64,000 bases of DNA, from contig JAOAJN010000002.1 of assembly GCA_026414165.1 (NCBI GenBank), forward strand, positions 8,246 to 72,245, written 5' to 3'. Of the stretch, positions 44,676 through 54,306 are shown in pieces; position 1 is the first letter of the stretch, and the number at the start of each line of letters is the position of its first letter. Source of the DNA: Candidatus Methanomethylicaceae archaeon. GTDB taxonomy: Archaea; Thermoproteota; Methanomethylicia; Methanomethylicales; Methanomethylicaceae. Under the pieces are notes generated by a model. The model was not told the DNA's origin, did no database searches, and saw only the letters and a program-made list of their open reading frames with translations. The position numbers and the translations under genes were made by a program.

Positions 44676-45770
44676 TCACCTGTTTGGGCTAGAAAAGGCT
44701 CTAAGCCTCCTCAAGGCATTTAGCCGCTCCTTCTCATTGATCTTGGCCTGCTCCACCGCGATCCTCAGGAACTCTATTGCCTCGTCCATCTCCTTTCTCT
44801 GAACTGGGAATGGCACTCCGTCTTTACCGCCGAAGGCGAAAGAGTAGCGAACAGGGTCCTTCCAGCTTGGGGGTGCGCCATAGATAAGGTCTGAGATGAG
44901 TGCCAGCCCCCTCACAGTTGCAGGACCAATCCCCTCAATCCCCAGAAGTTCCTCATAGTTTCTTGGTCGCAGGTTGTAAGCAGCCTCTAGAGCTCGCCAG
45001 TTTATTTTCCAAGGCATCACGAGTACTCTGCCGTCCATATAGTCCAGCAGCGACTTCTGTTTCGTCTCTTTTATGGTTATTAACTCTGTTTTTATCTTCA
45101 TCAGGTCGTCATTTACAATATCGACTGAAGTTTTACGACACTCCTCGGCCTCCTTGGCGGTCATGTTGAGTGCTCTATTCTCTCTATGACCCACCACCGC
45201 CTTATGAGGCTCAACGACGAAGCTTACGACACTTTCGGACAGCCAGTGGTACCTTCGCGCCAACCTGTTCTCCGGTCTCATCCCTTGTTGCACTATGCAC
45301 CATCTGCCATCCTCGGAGATTATAAAGGCATGATGGTATAGCTGGTAACCTGCCTGAATAGCCGTATTGTCAACCTTTGCACCCATTCTGCTTGCGTAAA
45401 TCAACTGATCAATCTTTGACGATGATAACCCAAACTTCTCACCCATAGCCCTTATCTCGGCTGGCGTCTCTCTAGATCGCCTGCCCTTCCCGCCGCAGAC
45501 TGCAAGACCTGTTTCTTGAGGGTCCACTGCGGATTTTAAAACTCCTGTGACCACCGTGGTGACGCCTGAAGAGTGCCAATCGAAACCAAGTGTGCAACCT
45601 AACGCCTGAAACCAGTAGGGGTCGGAGAGTCTTCTCAAAAATTCGTTTCTTCCGAACTCCTCGACCATTATGAGAACTATGCTCCTAGCTAGAGCCTCCA
45701 TCCGCTTGATTAGCCATTTAGGCGCCCATCCTCCATGTAGCGGAAGATAGGCGGACCCTGTGTGAGACAT
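44676..45770 (-). CDS. DUF763 domain protein
   Basis: 364 aa. YLPLHGGWAPKWL...DPYWFQALGCTLGFDWHSSGVTTV matches my recollection of the DUF763 N-terminus. Confidence 0.65.
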   Translation of the reverse strand: MSHTGSAYLPLHGGWAPKWLIKRMEALARSIVLIMVEEFGRNEFLRRLSDPYWFQALGCTLGFDWHSSGVTTVVTGVLKSAVDPQETGLAVCGGKGRRSRETPAEIRAMGEKFGLSSSKIDQLIYASRMGAKVDNTAIQAGYQLYHHAFIISEDGRWCIVQQGMRPENRLARRYHWLSESVVSFVVEPHKAVVGHRENRALNMTAKEAEECRKTSVDIVNDDLMKIKTELITIKETKQKSLLDYMDGRVLVMPWKINWRALEAAYNLRPRNYEELLGIEGIGPATVRGLALISDLIYGAPPSWKDPVRYSFAFGGKDGVPFPVQRKEMDEAIEFLRIAVEQAKINEKERLNALRRLRAFSSPNR

Positions 45771-45945
45771 ACAATAAACTCTTGGTTGGGGCGGGATTTA
45801 TTTTATTTTGTGCTTTTTACCTCAAAATTTTTGTATTCGCCATTTGCCCGTTGGCGAAAATTTCATTGATGTATCTGAAAATTAGTTTGTCTTGATAATA
45901 TTAATCTTACAATATCCTAAATATAAGCAGATGCGATAGCGTGGT

Positions 45946-46773
45946 TTGGAGAAAATGAAGAAAACTGAAAAACTCAAGCAGCTAATTGATCATGCTAAAG
46001 AACTCATTCTTGAGGAGAAGAAAAAGTTCAGAATTGGACAACTTCTTAAGATCAAGGACTTTCCAATTGTGGTGATTGGAGATATACATGGAGATTATAT
46101 TTCTTTAGAAACCATAACTAAAAAGCTTGAGGTTGAAGGAGAATGGAATAAGATCGTTTTTCTTGGGGATTATGCTGATAGAGGTCCTTCGCCTCTAGAG
46201 GTCTACACAAAGATCCTAGAGATGAAGTGTTCCCATCCAGATGAAGTCTTTTTGCTTAAGGGAAACCATGAGGCGGTAGATCTTATTGAGTTCTACCCCC
46301 ATGACTTGCCTTGGCACATCAAAAATGCCTATGGTGAATATTGGAGGGAGATCTATGACTCGCTAATGAATCTCCACAGGACTTTGCCAATAGCAGTTAT
46401 TGTTGAAAGCATTGCCCTCCTCCTTCACGGAGGCATCTCCCCTGAGATAACTCCGAAGGGTCTGGAAGATCCGACCAAGGAAGAGCTGGAGATAATCTTA
46501 TGGAGTGACCCTTCCGAGCACGTCAAAGGCACGACCCTTTCGAATAGGGGGGCAGGTGTGTTGTTCGGACCAGATGTATCCTTCAGCGTGCTTGACAAAT
46601 TTGGCGTCAAATACTTGATCAGAGGGCACTCCCCTGTTACAAAAGGTTACAGATGGGATCATGCTGGAAGGGTTTTGACAATATTTGCTGCTAAACATGT
46701 CTATGGTCTGGAGAGCGGTGCATATGCATTGATAGACTCTAAGGACCCGCCCATAGAGATCAAGCTCTTTTGA
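45946..46773 (+). CDS. PPP-family Ser/Thr phosphatase / metallophosphoesterase
   Basis: GDIHGD, GDYADRG and GNHE motifs in the canonical order. Confidence 0.8.
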   Translation: MEKMKKTEKLKQLIDHAKELILEEKKKFRIGQLLKIKDFPIVVIGDIHGDYISLETITKKLEVEGEWNKIVFLGDYADRGPSPLEVYTKILEMKCSHPDEVFLLKGNHEAVDLIEFYPHDLPWHIKNAYGEYWREIYDSLMNLHRTLPIAVIVESIALLLHGGISPEITPKGLEDPTKEELEIILWSDPSEHVKGTTLSNRGAGVLFGPDVSFSVLDKFGVKYLIRGHSPVTKGYRWDHAGRVLTIFAAKHVYGLESGAYALIDSKDPPIEIKLF

Positions 46774-46926
46774 ATTGTTGATTAGAATGGAAAATTCAAA
46801 AGGTTGTCAAGGGCGAAAAGTTGTTTTAGGAATTTTTTGTTAACGAACTCGCGACGTTAGACTACATCCCGACCTGATCAAAACTTTATCAAATGTTATT
46901 AAATACCGAAGCCCAAAAGTTCTACT

Positions 46927-47364
46927 GTGAGGCGCAATAAAGATAGTATTGAGGCAGAGCTCAAGGGAACAACCCTCAGGGTGTACTGGGTGCTCCTGAA
47001 GAAAGGTTCCGCAGGACCTAGGGAGATAATGAGGGAACTCGACCTGAGCAGCCCTAGCGTGGCATCCTATCATCTGGAAAAGCTCGCCCACCTAGGTCTG
47101 GTTAAAAAAGAGGTCGGAGGAGAGTATATGATCTCAAAAGAGGTTAAGGTTGAACTCTTCTCCCAATTTATAAGAGTTGCGGGGATCGCCCTGCCGAGGT
47201 ACTTCTTCTATTCTGTACTCTTCACAACAATGCTGATCGCTTACCTGATAATATACCCAATCGAAAATACCCCGCAGACCATGATGTCCATCATATTCGG
47301 TACTACTGCAGCGGTCGTTATGTGGTTAGAAACCATCAGAGCATGGCTCAGGAGACCGTTCTAA
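46927..47364 (+). CDS. ArsR-like wHTH protein fused to two transmembrane helices
   Basis: 145 aa. PREIMRELDLSSPSVASYHLEKLAHLGLV followed by two hydrophobic helices. Confidence 0.5.
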   Translation: MRRNKDSIEAELKGTTLRVYWVLLKKGSAGPREIMRELDLSSPSVASYHLEKLAHLGLVKKEVGGEYMISKEVKVELFSQFIRVAGIALPRYFFYSVLFTTMLIAYLIIYPIENTPQTMMSIIFGTTAAVVMWLETIRAWLRRPF

Positions 47365-47413
47365 TGTGTAGATTTATAGAGCATTCAATAGTTAGTTTAA
47401 GGAGGGGAATGGT

Positions 47414-47755
47414 TTGAGGCTGGCTTATAGCGCTCTCTTGGCCGTCATAATTGGCGTGGTATTGGTGTCTTCTCCTCTAATACTGACCGGCCTATCCCCC
47501 ACGGATTTGAGGGCCAAGACAATAAGCTCCGAGCCCGCCCCCGAAAACCAAAGGACGTTTTTAAATAACGAATCTTTTTCATACCTTGTAGTTGGCAATG
47601 AGACATCCCAAGTTAAGACATCAATTGTTACAGAAGCCCCGCACTCTTTGAATGGAGTTTTAATATCACTCATCTTGGGAATTGCCACTGCTACCCTTTC
47701 GTATATTTTAATAAAGAGGGAAATCGTTGGCAGAATTAAGTTTAACAACCAATAA
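47414..47755 (+). CDS. hypothetical membrane-anchored protein
   Basis: 113 aa with hydrophobic segments at the N- and C-termini. Confidence 0.3.
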   Translation: MRLAYSALLAVIIGVVLVSSPLILTGLSPTDLRAKTISSEPAPENQRTFLNNESFSYLVVGNETSQVKTSIVTEAPHSLNGVLISLILGIATATLSYILIKREIVGRIKFNNQ

Positions 47756-47761
47756 AAATTA

Positions 47762-48412
47762 TCACTCTTCAAAATAGTCCTTTAGGGTCTTGGTCGTTAG
47801 CGAGTCTATCAGTCTGACAAAAGCGTCGGCCCTTTTACCTATCTGCTTAATTCCGACGAATTTGATGGGATCTCCGAATTGCTTAGCCAAGGACGGGGCT
47901 GAGACAAGCACCACCTTTTGCGCAGCATTAGAGATGGTCAAACTCCTTACAAGCGATCCTAAAAGTGGAAGATGGTCCCGCTTAAGAACCAGAATGAATA
48001 TATCGTAGGACTGTTGCATAATGTTGGAGATCTTCGCAATTTTAAGCTTACTAGAGATCTCCTCCAAATCCTTCTTTTTTAAACCTTTGATCTCTGCCGA
48101 ATGGGGGAGAATGACTTCATCCTCCTTTATAAGTCCGTACCTTGGACTCAAAAAGTACAAGTCGATTTTAATCCCGTGACTCCTAGCAATTCTCACACCC
48201 TCCATGATCTTCTTGAAATACCCCTGAAACAGATCTCTTGCCCGTCTAGAGAATTGGCGCGCTGCCTCAAGATAGATCGGTTCGTTATCTATATCCAAGG
48301 ATGGGACTTTCAATCCGGCTTTTTTAAGCGTGCTGATGTAGTTTGTATCCTTTGGCGAGGGCAACATATAAGCAGGGGCGCTGACCACAAGTAAGATCCG
48401 CATATTAGTCAA
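47762..48412 (-). CDS. hypothetical protein
   Basis: 216-aa ORF with reasonable codon structure. No confident family. Confidence 0.4.
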   Translation of the reverse strand: MTNMRILLVVSAPAYMLPSPKDTNYISTLKKAGLKVPSLDIDNEPIYLEAARQFSRRARDLFQGYFKKIMEGVRIARSHGIKIDLYFLSPRYGLIKEDEVILPHSAEIKGLKKKDLEEISSKLKIAKISNIMQQSYDIFILVLKRDHLPLLGSLVRSLTISNAAQKVVLVSAPSLAKQFGDPIKFVGIKQIGKRADAFVRLIDSLTTKTLKDYFEE

Positions 48413-48576
48413 TCATCTCTTCCTTCTCATGACTATTATCGGTTTCTATTATACATTCCTAGTTCATTATGAGTCGCTGTATTTGAGGCAGAGGTTCTCT
48501 TCTAATTTGATATTTTTGCTGATTAGCATAGTTTATTATTTGGATCAAAACATATCTGGGCAAAGATCGAAAAGTA

Positions 48577-49215
48577 TTGGTGCTGATATTTATGGAAGGT
48601 CTTGTTTGGTTGGTCTTGGCTTTCGCTCCGCTATTCATTTTAGGGTTTTATGTAGGTCGAAGTAGTCCGAGGCTGTTGTTCTTCGGAGGGATAGGGTGGA
48701 TTTTGGCCCTTATCCTTAGGATAATCCCTCTAAATTTATTCCAAATGCTGGTTCCTGACCTCACAGCCATCATAATCTATAGTGCTGTGATGGCGGGTCT
48801 GTTTGAGGAGGGTATGAGGTTCTGGCTCGTTAAGAGGACTAAAGCCTTGGACTTCAAGGCGGGATTGACCTTTGGGCTTGGCTGGGGGATAGCGGAGGCT
48901 TTAGTCGTATTCTTCCCAAATGTGTTGCTTTCGCCTAAAGCATTAAACCTGGGCCTCTTTGATCTTCTGCCTGGCATATTTGAAAGATACGTTGCAGTCT
49001 TAGCACATGTGGCGCTGACCTTCATAATAATAAAGGCAATATCTTACAGGGAGTATCTTTTTGTTGCCATAGTCGCACACGCTGTTTTGGATCTGATAGC
49101 AGGTCTGACTTACTACGTGATGAGACTCTCAGTTTGGCAAGTAGAGGGATTGGTGGCTGCCTACACCCTGCTCTTGTCAATATACGCATTTTACGTAATC
49201 AAGAAAGTTTATTGA
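48577..49215 (+). CDS. YhfC/CPBP-like intramembrane metalloprotease family protein
   Basis: Polytopic. FEEGMRF (EExxR), AHVALTF and VAHAVLDL (HxxxD) occur in the order expected for CPBP-type proteases. Confidence 0.5.
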   Translation: MVLIFMEGLVWLVLAFAPLFILGFYVGRSSPRLLFFGGIGWILALILRIIPLNLFQMLVPDLTAIIIYSAVMAGLFEEGMRFWLVKRTKALDFKAGLTFGLGWGIAEALVVFFPNVLLSPKALNLGLFDLLPGIFERYVAVLAHVALTFIIIKAISYREYLFVAIVAHAVLDLIAGLTYYVMRLSVWQVEGLVAAYTLLLSIYAFYVIKKVY

Positions 49216-49236
49216 GGTGTTTTCTATACTGCTAAG

Positions 49237-49680
49237 GTGGTGAATTTTATGAGGAAAGACGTCGTTCTGGTCCTGATCATTCTTATTGTCGTGGGGGTGG
49301 GAGCCTATGTTATCAGTCAAACGCCGGCGGCTGATGTTAATAAGGTAAGGGCTTATGCCGACCCGATCGCGGAGAACATTCTGATCGCAATGAATGAAGG
49401 AAATTATACGAAGTTCTCTAGGGATTTGGACGCTACCATGAAGAATGCGATGACCGAACCAATATTTCAGCAAACAGTTACCGTGATAAAGTCAAAGGTT
49501 GGAAACTATATTTCAAAAGAATTCTCTAAGGCAGAGCTTCAAGGCAATTACACGGTAGTTTATTACAAGGCAAAATACACAGAGGAGACTGAAGTGACTG
49601 TGAGAGTGGTCTTTGCGGAGGCAGGAGGCAAGCAGTACGTCTCCGGGCTTTGGTTCGACTCGCCGAAGCTCCGTAGCTGA
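49237..49680 (+). CDS. membrane-anchored DUF3887-like protein
   Basis: N-terminal TM helix, then a NEGNYTKFSRDLDATMKNAMTE...VSGLWF pattern recalled from DUF3887. Confidence 0.4.
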   Translation: MVNFMRKDVVLVLIILIVVGVGAYVISQTPAADVNKVRAYADPIAENILIAMNEGNYTKFSRDLDATMKNAMTEPIFQQTVTVIKSKVGNYISKEFSKAELQGNYTVVYYKAKYTEETEVTVRVVFAEAGGKQYVSGLWFDSPKLRS

Positions 49681-49796
49681 GAAACTCCTAACTCAGAAAG
49701 CATTTTGTCTTACCATCTTCGGACTTTTCCACATCCGCCACATTTCTAACCAAAATACTAAATAGCAAATTTTTTCAAAATATAACAAGGGTAAAG

Positions 49797-50117
49797 ATGC
49801 CCTACTATGTTCTTTTGTCAAATTTGACATCAGAGGGCAGGAAGACGATCAAAGAAAAACCCGACAGAATCAAAGAAGTAAACAAAGAGATCGAAGCGTT
49901 GGGTGCTAGGATAATTCACCAATTTGCAACCCTTGGACCATACGATTTTGTGACTATAATCGAGGCTCCAGGCAACGAGACTGTATATCTTATATCAGCA
50001 GAGTTTGGTTCGAGGGGAACAGTTCAGATCCTCTCAATGCCTGCGATTAAAGTAGACGCTTTCATAGAGGGCCTGAAGAAAGGCAAAATAGAAGGCGGAA
50101 AGATCGAGGTCCTCTAA
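49797..50117 (+). CDS. GYD domain protein
   Basis: 106 aa. YYVLLSNLTSEGRKTI...LGPYDFVTIIEAPGNE. Confidence 0.7.
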   Translation: MPYYVLLSNLTSEGRKTIKEKPDRIKEVNKEIEALGARIIHQFATLGPYDFVTIIEAPGNETVYLISAEFGSRGTVQILSMPAIKVDAFIEGLKKGKIEGGKIEVL

Positions 50118-50120
50118 ATT

Positions 50121-50156
50121 TCTACTTTTTTTTATTTTTTACTTTTTTTAATTTTT
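50121..50156 (+). terminator. oligo-T terminator tract after the GYD gene
   Basis: T8, T6, T7 and T5 runs directly after the stop, followed by (TATCTATT)2-3 at 50156-50179. Confidence 0.5.
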
Positions 50157-50246
50157 ATCTATTTATCTATTTATCATTCATCGTAAATTTGAGTTATTAT
50201 TATTTAGTGATAGAGGCTCTAAATCTTCTCTCGCCGCTTTGCTAAT

Positions 50247-51758
50247 TCATCGACCATGAAGAGAGTCCAAAAACCCTCTCACACACCCCTTAATGGCCTC
50301 TACGAAAGTATTTCCGATTTTGGACGGATCGAGAGCCTCCAAAGTTCTTATTCTGTAGTAGAGCGGTGGGTGCGGATCCCACTTGAGCCACTCCCCACTA
50401 TTCACAAGTTCGAATACACGTGACTGGTACTTCCAGAGCCCTAGTTTACGTAGTGACGATGCCAAGGTTTTTGGCTGCCTGGTTATTATAGCTGCGTCAA
50501 GATCAGCTCTTGCCTCTAGGAACTTTGCCACGAAGAACAGCAATGTGAAAGATAGAAATAGATAAGCAAAATCTATGAATAATCCGAAAGGTGCCAAGAC
50601 AGGCCATATGATGTACACCCTCGTCAAATACTCAAAGGTTGCAAGACTCATAAGTATCAGAGGGTCTCTCGCTTTCACATGGCTGAATTCGTGCGCCAAA
50701 ACAGCCTTTATCTCTTCCTCATCCATTTGTGCGATTAACCCGCTAGTTATGAGGACCGTGGCCCTTGAGGGGGAGATCCCTGTGGCTGCGGCGTTTGGAG
50801 GCAATACATTCAGCAATGTTATCCTAGGGACATGAAATCTGAATTTTGATGCGAGGTCGCTCACGATCTTATAGATGTCCACGGTCTTTATCCTGACAAA
50901 TTCTGGTGCGCATACCGGACCATGTTTGTTCAGGGTTCTGACTATAATTTCAGGATCCAGCTCTCTTCCCAGCGCTAGCGTCAAGTCATAGATCTCTTTC
51001 TTTATCAAAGTCATCTTGGGTATGCAACTCCTCACAACTTGCTCAAACTCGTTCCTCTTCATCCTCAACTCGGCAATATGTATCGTAGCATTATCTGCAG
51101 TGATATCGAACTCCCCGCGGTAAGCTATGAGTTTGTTTGCAAAGATCACTATGATGAATTGAAGGCCGACAAGTAGAATTGGAGTGAGCATCTGGAAGTA
51201 CTGGTATAGAAATATGCCAACAAGAAGGATCAACATGAAGAGGTAAAGGAAATTTCCGAAAATTATCGATGATATGAGCCTCTTGATTCCGCCTTCCTTC
51301 TTGCCAGGAATGAGGTTCATCTTAGGTGAAAAGACCAGGAAGAGTGAGGCCTTGCTTTGGTCCGCGAAGTATGACCTTATCAGAGTCTCCATTTCCATAT
51401 CCAGTCCTATGTATTCCTTCTCCGAGATGGAGTCAGGAGGATATGGTGCGTAGTAGATCTCGATCTTTTCGGGTAAAAACTTCACAGCAACATCGAGCAG
51501 ACTACCATCGGCTGCCACAAGCCTGTATTGAAGTATCGCTACGCCTTCTATGGTCGATCTAGTCAGAGATGAAAGGTACTGATTCTTTTCTATTGCAGAG
51601 GTGAGGTAGTCCAACAATGGGCTTATCTGCTCTGGTGGGACTTTTATGTCAAGTGTAATAGAGCGCCTCCATGTGTGTCCTGTGGCGTCCCCTTCCACAC
51701 TGCCTCCCAGCGATATCGACAAATGTTTGCCTCCATTAGAGGATTTATAGTGCCTCAT
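50247..51758 (-). CDS. M48-family zinc metalloprotease with a long N-terminal domain
   Basis: 503 aa. HEFSH (HExxH) at LAHEFSHVKARD, TM helices, and an N-terminal soluble region of about 170 aa of unknown type. Confidence 0.7.
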   Translation of the reverse strand: MRHYKSSNGGKHLSISLGGSVEGDATGHTWRRSITLDIKVPPEQISPLLDYLTSAIEKNQYLSSLTRSTIEGVAILQYRLVAADGSLLDVAVKFLPEKIEIYYAPYPPDSISEKEYIGLDMEMETLIRSYFADQSKASLFLVFSPKMNLIPGKKEGGIKRLISSIIFGNFLYLFMLILLVGIFLYQYFQMLTPILLVGLQFIIVIFANKLIAYRGEFDITADNATIHIAELRMKRNEFEQVVRSCIPKMTLIKKEIYDLTLALGRELDPEIIVRTLNKHGPVCAPEFVRIKTVDIYKIVSDLASKFRFHVPRITLLNVLPPNAAATGISPSRATVLITSGLIAQMDEEEIKAVLAHEFSHVKARDPLILMSLATFEYLTRVYIIWPVLAPFGLFIDFAYLFLSFTLLFFVAKFLEARADLDAAIITRQPKTLASSLRKLGLWKYQSRVFELVNSGEWLKWDPHPPLYYRIRTLEALDPSKIGNTFVEAIKGCVRGFLDSLHGR

Positions 51759-51871
51759 TAAAAAAGATATTGAAGTTCATAAATTATCCTAATCCGCTTT
51801 AGTCACGAGGCTTCTAGGGGAGACGTTTTTAAACCTCAAAATTAGAATATGAGAATAAAGTGAGGTTTTAT

Positions 51872-52294
51872 ATGAAGGATATTGACGGCATTGACATGAA
51901 GATCCTCTCTTTCTTAAAAGAGGATGCCCGCGTACCTTACACCAAGATAGCCAAAGAAATAGGTCTTTCAGAGGCTGCGGTCAGAAAACGCGTGGAGAGG
52001 ATGAGGGATGAAGGCATAATAAAGAAGTTCACGGTCGAGATCGAGACTGGGGAGAGGGTGCAGGCTCTCATACTCATATCAGTTCAGCCTTCTTTCCCGA
52101 ACCCTCAGGTCGCACAGGCAGTAAAAAAGATAGAGGGCATAGATCAAGTTTTTGAGGTCGCGGGAGATGTAGATGTAATAGCTGTTGCCTCCGGGAAGAG
52201 CATACAGGAGATCAACAGACACATAGACGATATAAGGAGAATAGAAGGGGTAGCCAAGACAAGTTCCATGATTGTACTTAGGTCTTGGGTTTGA
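51872..52294 (+). CDS. Lrp/AsnC family regulator (LysM-like by context)
   Basis: IDGIDMKILSFLKEDARVPYTKIAKEIGLSEAAVRKRVERM HTH plus a RAM domain, immediately upstream of lysX. Confidence 0.8.
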   Translation: MKDIDGIDMKILSFLKEDARVPYTKIAKEIGLSEAAVRKRVERMRDEGIIKKFTVEIETGERVQALILISVQPSFPNPQVAQAVKKIEGIDQVFEVAGDVDVIAVASGKSIQEINRHIDDIRRIEGVAKTSSMIVLRSWV

Positions 52295-52344
52295 AATTCG
52301 AACTTATAAGTACTTTTAACGTATAAATAGTTATTTAGAAAAGG

Positions 52345-52367
52345 ACGAAATGTTTAAATAATTTCGT
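52345..52367. promoter_or_regulatory. palindrome enclosing a BRE/TATA-like box upstream of lysX
   Basis: ACGAAAT-GTTTAAATA-ATTTCGT. The TTTAAATA centre lies about 40 nt upstream of the lysX ATG (52397). Confidence 0.35.
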
Positions 52368-52396
52368 TATTCGAATCTATAAGGGTCTGACTTCCA

Positions 52397-53251
52397 ATGG
52401 TTAAGCTCAATATTTTATACGACCACATGAGGTGGGAAGAGAAAGCACTATACGCGGCGTGTGAGAAACGCGGTATAGCCTTTTCTATGCTGGATGCTGA
52501 AAAACTGTTCCTTGACCTGACGTCTGCTGAAAAACCGGAAGGTCTGGGCGAGGTTGTCCTACAGAGGTGTGTTAGCCATTTCAGGGGGCTACATGCGACC
52601 GCCGCATTGGAGAGTTACGGCATAAGGGTCATAAACAGCTACCAGACCACCGAGATCTGCGGCAACAAGGTCCTCAACACGCTGACCTTCAAGAAGTTCA
52701 ACATACCGACGCCTCGAACATATTTGGCTTTTACGCCGGACTCTGCTCTTGAAGCCCTCGAGAGGCTCGGATACCCTGCGATCCTGAAGCCTGTCGTGGG
52801 CAGCTGGGGGCGTCTCGTCTCACTCCTAAAGGACAGAACTGCCGCGATGGTGGCCCTCGAGCACAGGGAGTTGATGTTCCCCATATACCAGATCTACTAC
52901 CTGCAGGAGATGATAAAGAGACCGCCAAGAGATCTGAGAGTATTTGTGATAGGCGAGGATGTTCCTGTTGCTATTTACAGAGTCAATACTGGCGAAGATT
53001 GGAGAACAAACACTGCCAGAGGCGGAAAAGTGGAAAGGTGTCCCGTGACTTCTGAGATCAGGGAGCTTGCAATAAAGGCTGCAGAGGCTGTAGGTGGAGG
53101 AGTATTCGGGGTCGATATGATGGAGGATGGTGGTAGTCTGGTAGTGCATGAGATAAACAGTACCGTCGAGTTTAAGAATACGGTTCCCGCTACAGGTGTC
53201 GATATACCTGGAATGATCGTTGACTACGCCATCAGGGAGGCAAAAAGATGA
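52397..53251 (+). CDS. lysX: RimK/ATP-grasp LysX (alpha-aminoadipate/glutamate--LysW ligase)
   Basis: ILYDHMRWEEK, LQRCVSHFRG, GYPAILKPVVGSWGR: collinear with Thermus LysX as recalled. Confidence 0.85.
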   Translation: MVKLNILYDHMRWEEKALYAACEKRGIAFSMLDAEKLFLDLTSAEKPEGLGEVVLQRCVSHFRGLHATAALESYGIRVINSYQTTEICGNKVLNTLTFKKFNIPTPRTYLAFTPDSALEALERLGYPAILKPVVGSWGRLVSLLKDRTAAMVALEHRELMFPIYQIYYLQEMIKRPPRDLRVFVIGEDVPVAIYRVNTGEDWRTNTARGGKVERCPVTSEIRELAIKAAEAVGGGVFGVDMMEDGGSLVVHEINSTVEFKNTVPATGVDIPGMIVDYAIREAKR

Positions 53252-54306
53252 AAACTGTAGGTATAATCGGAGGGTCTGGATATACTGGAGGCGAGCTCCT
53301 CCGGATACTAATAAACCACCCAGAGGTCGACATAAGGGCAGTCACTTCGAGGGAGCATGCAGGTGAGCCTATATTCAAGTTACACCCACAGTTAAGAAAA
53401 CTCACAGACTTAAAGTTCATCGAGCCGGACGTGGAGAAGATCTCCTCCTCATGCGAGTTTGTGTTTTTGGCCCTTCCACATGGTGCCTCTGCACCAGTGG
53501 CAAAGAGGCTCCTGGAGTCAGGTGTAAGGGTTATCGATTTAAGCGCAGATTTTAGGCTGAAGAACAAAGACGACTACCCGAAATGGTATGGGTGGGAGCA
53601 CCCTTGCCCGGAGTTGCTGGAAGTTGCGGTCTTCGGTCTACCAGAGTTCCACAGAGAGGAGATAAGAAACGCTAAGCTCGTTGCCAATCCAGGTTGCATA
53701 GCAACTGCCAGCATACTCAGCGTTGCGCCTGCTATAAAGGCTGGAATGGTTGATGGTAATAGGGTTGTCTTGGATGCCAAAATAGGATCATCAGGAGCTG
53801 GCGCGAATGTGAGCGAGGCTAGCCACCATCCAGAACACTCCAACATAGTTAGGGCATACAAGCCAGTCATGCATAGGCACACTGCAGAGATAGAGCAGGA
53901 ACTCTCCCTAAAGGCGGGCGGCGAGAAGGTTACAGTGGCTCTCACACCTCACGCAGTAGATATGGTCAGAGGCATAATGGTTACTGGGCACTCATTCCTC
54001 CGCAGAGAGGTAACAATGCAGGAGCTTTGGAGGGCATACAGGGAACTCTACCAGAACGAGCCCTTCGTAAGGATCGTGAGAGATCAGAAGGGCCTTCACC
54101 AACTTCCTGATCCCAAGAATGTGGTCGGCTCGAACTTCTGTGACGTTGGTTTCGAACTCGATCCACATGCCAAGAGGCTCGTGACCTTTGGAGCCATCGA
54201 CAACCTGTTGAAGGGTGCCGCTGGGCAAGCGGTCCAGAACTTCAACCTAATGATAGGCGTTGACGAGCGAACTGGAATCAAGTTTGCTGGAGTAAGGCCA
54301 ATATGA
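53248..54306 (+). CDS. lysY: LysY/ArgC-type (LysW-)aminoadipyl/glutamyl-phosphate reductase
   Basis: GGSGYTGGELLR; ANPGCIATA active-site Cys. Confidence 0.9.
   Translation: MKTVGIIGGSGYTGGELLRILINHPEVDIRAVTSREHAGEPIFKLHPQLRKLTDLKFIEPDVEKISSSCEFVFLALPHGASAPVAKRLLESGVRVIDLSADFRLKNKDDYPKWYGWEHPCPELLEVAVFGLPEFHREEIRNAKLVANPGCIATASILSVAPAIKAGMVDGNRVVLDAKIGSSGAGANVSEASHHPEHSNIVRAYKPVMHRHTAEIEQELSLKAGGEKVTVALTPHAVDMVRGIMVTGHSFLRREVTMQELWRAYRELYQNEPFVRIVRDQKGLHQLPDPKNVVGSNFCDVGFELDPHAKRLVTFGAIDNLLKGAAGQAVQNFNLMIGVDERTGIKFAGVRPI

Noticed and set aside
52295-52396. Searched the lysM-lysX gap for the LysW carrier gene.
   Set aside because: The gap is about 100 nt, too short for a protein of about 55 aa, and there is no zinc-ribbon ORF. 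It is reported as an absence in the findings instead.
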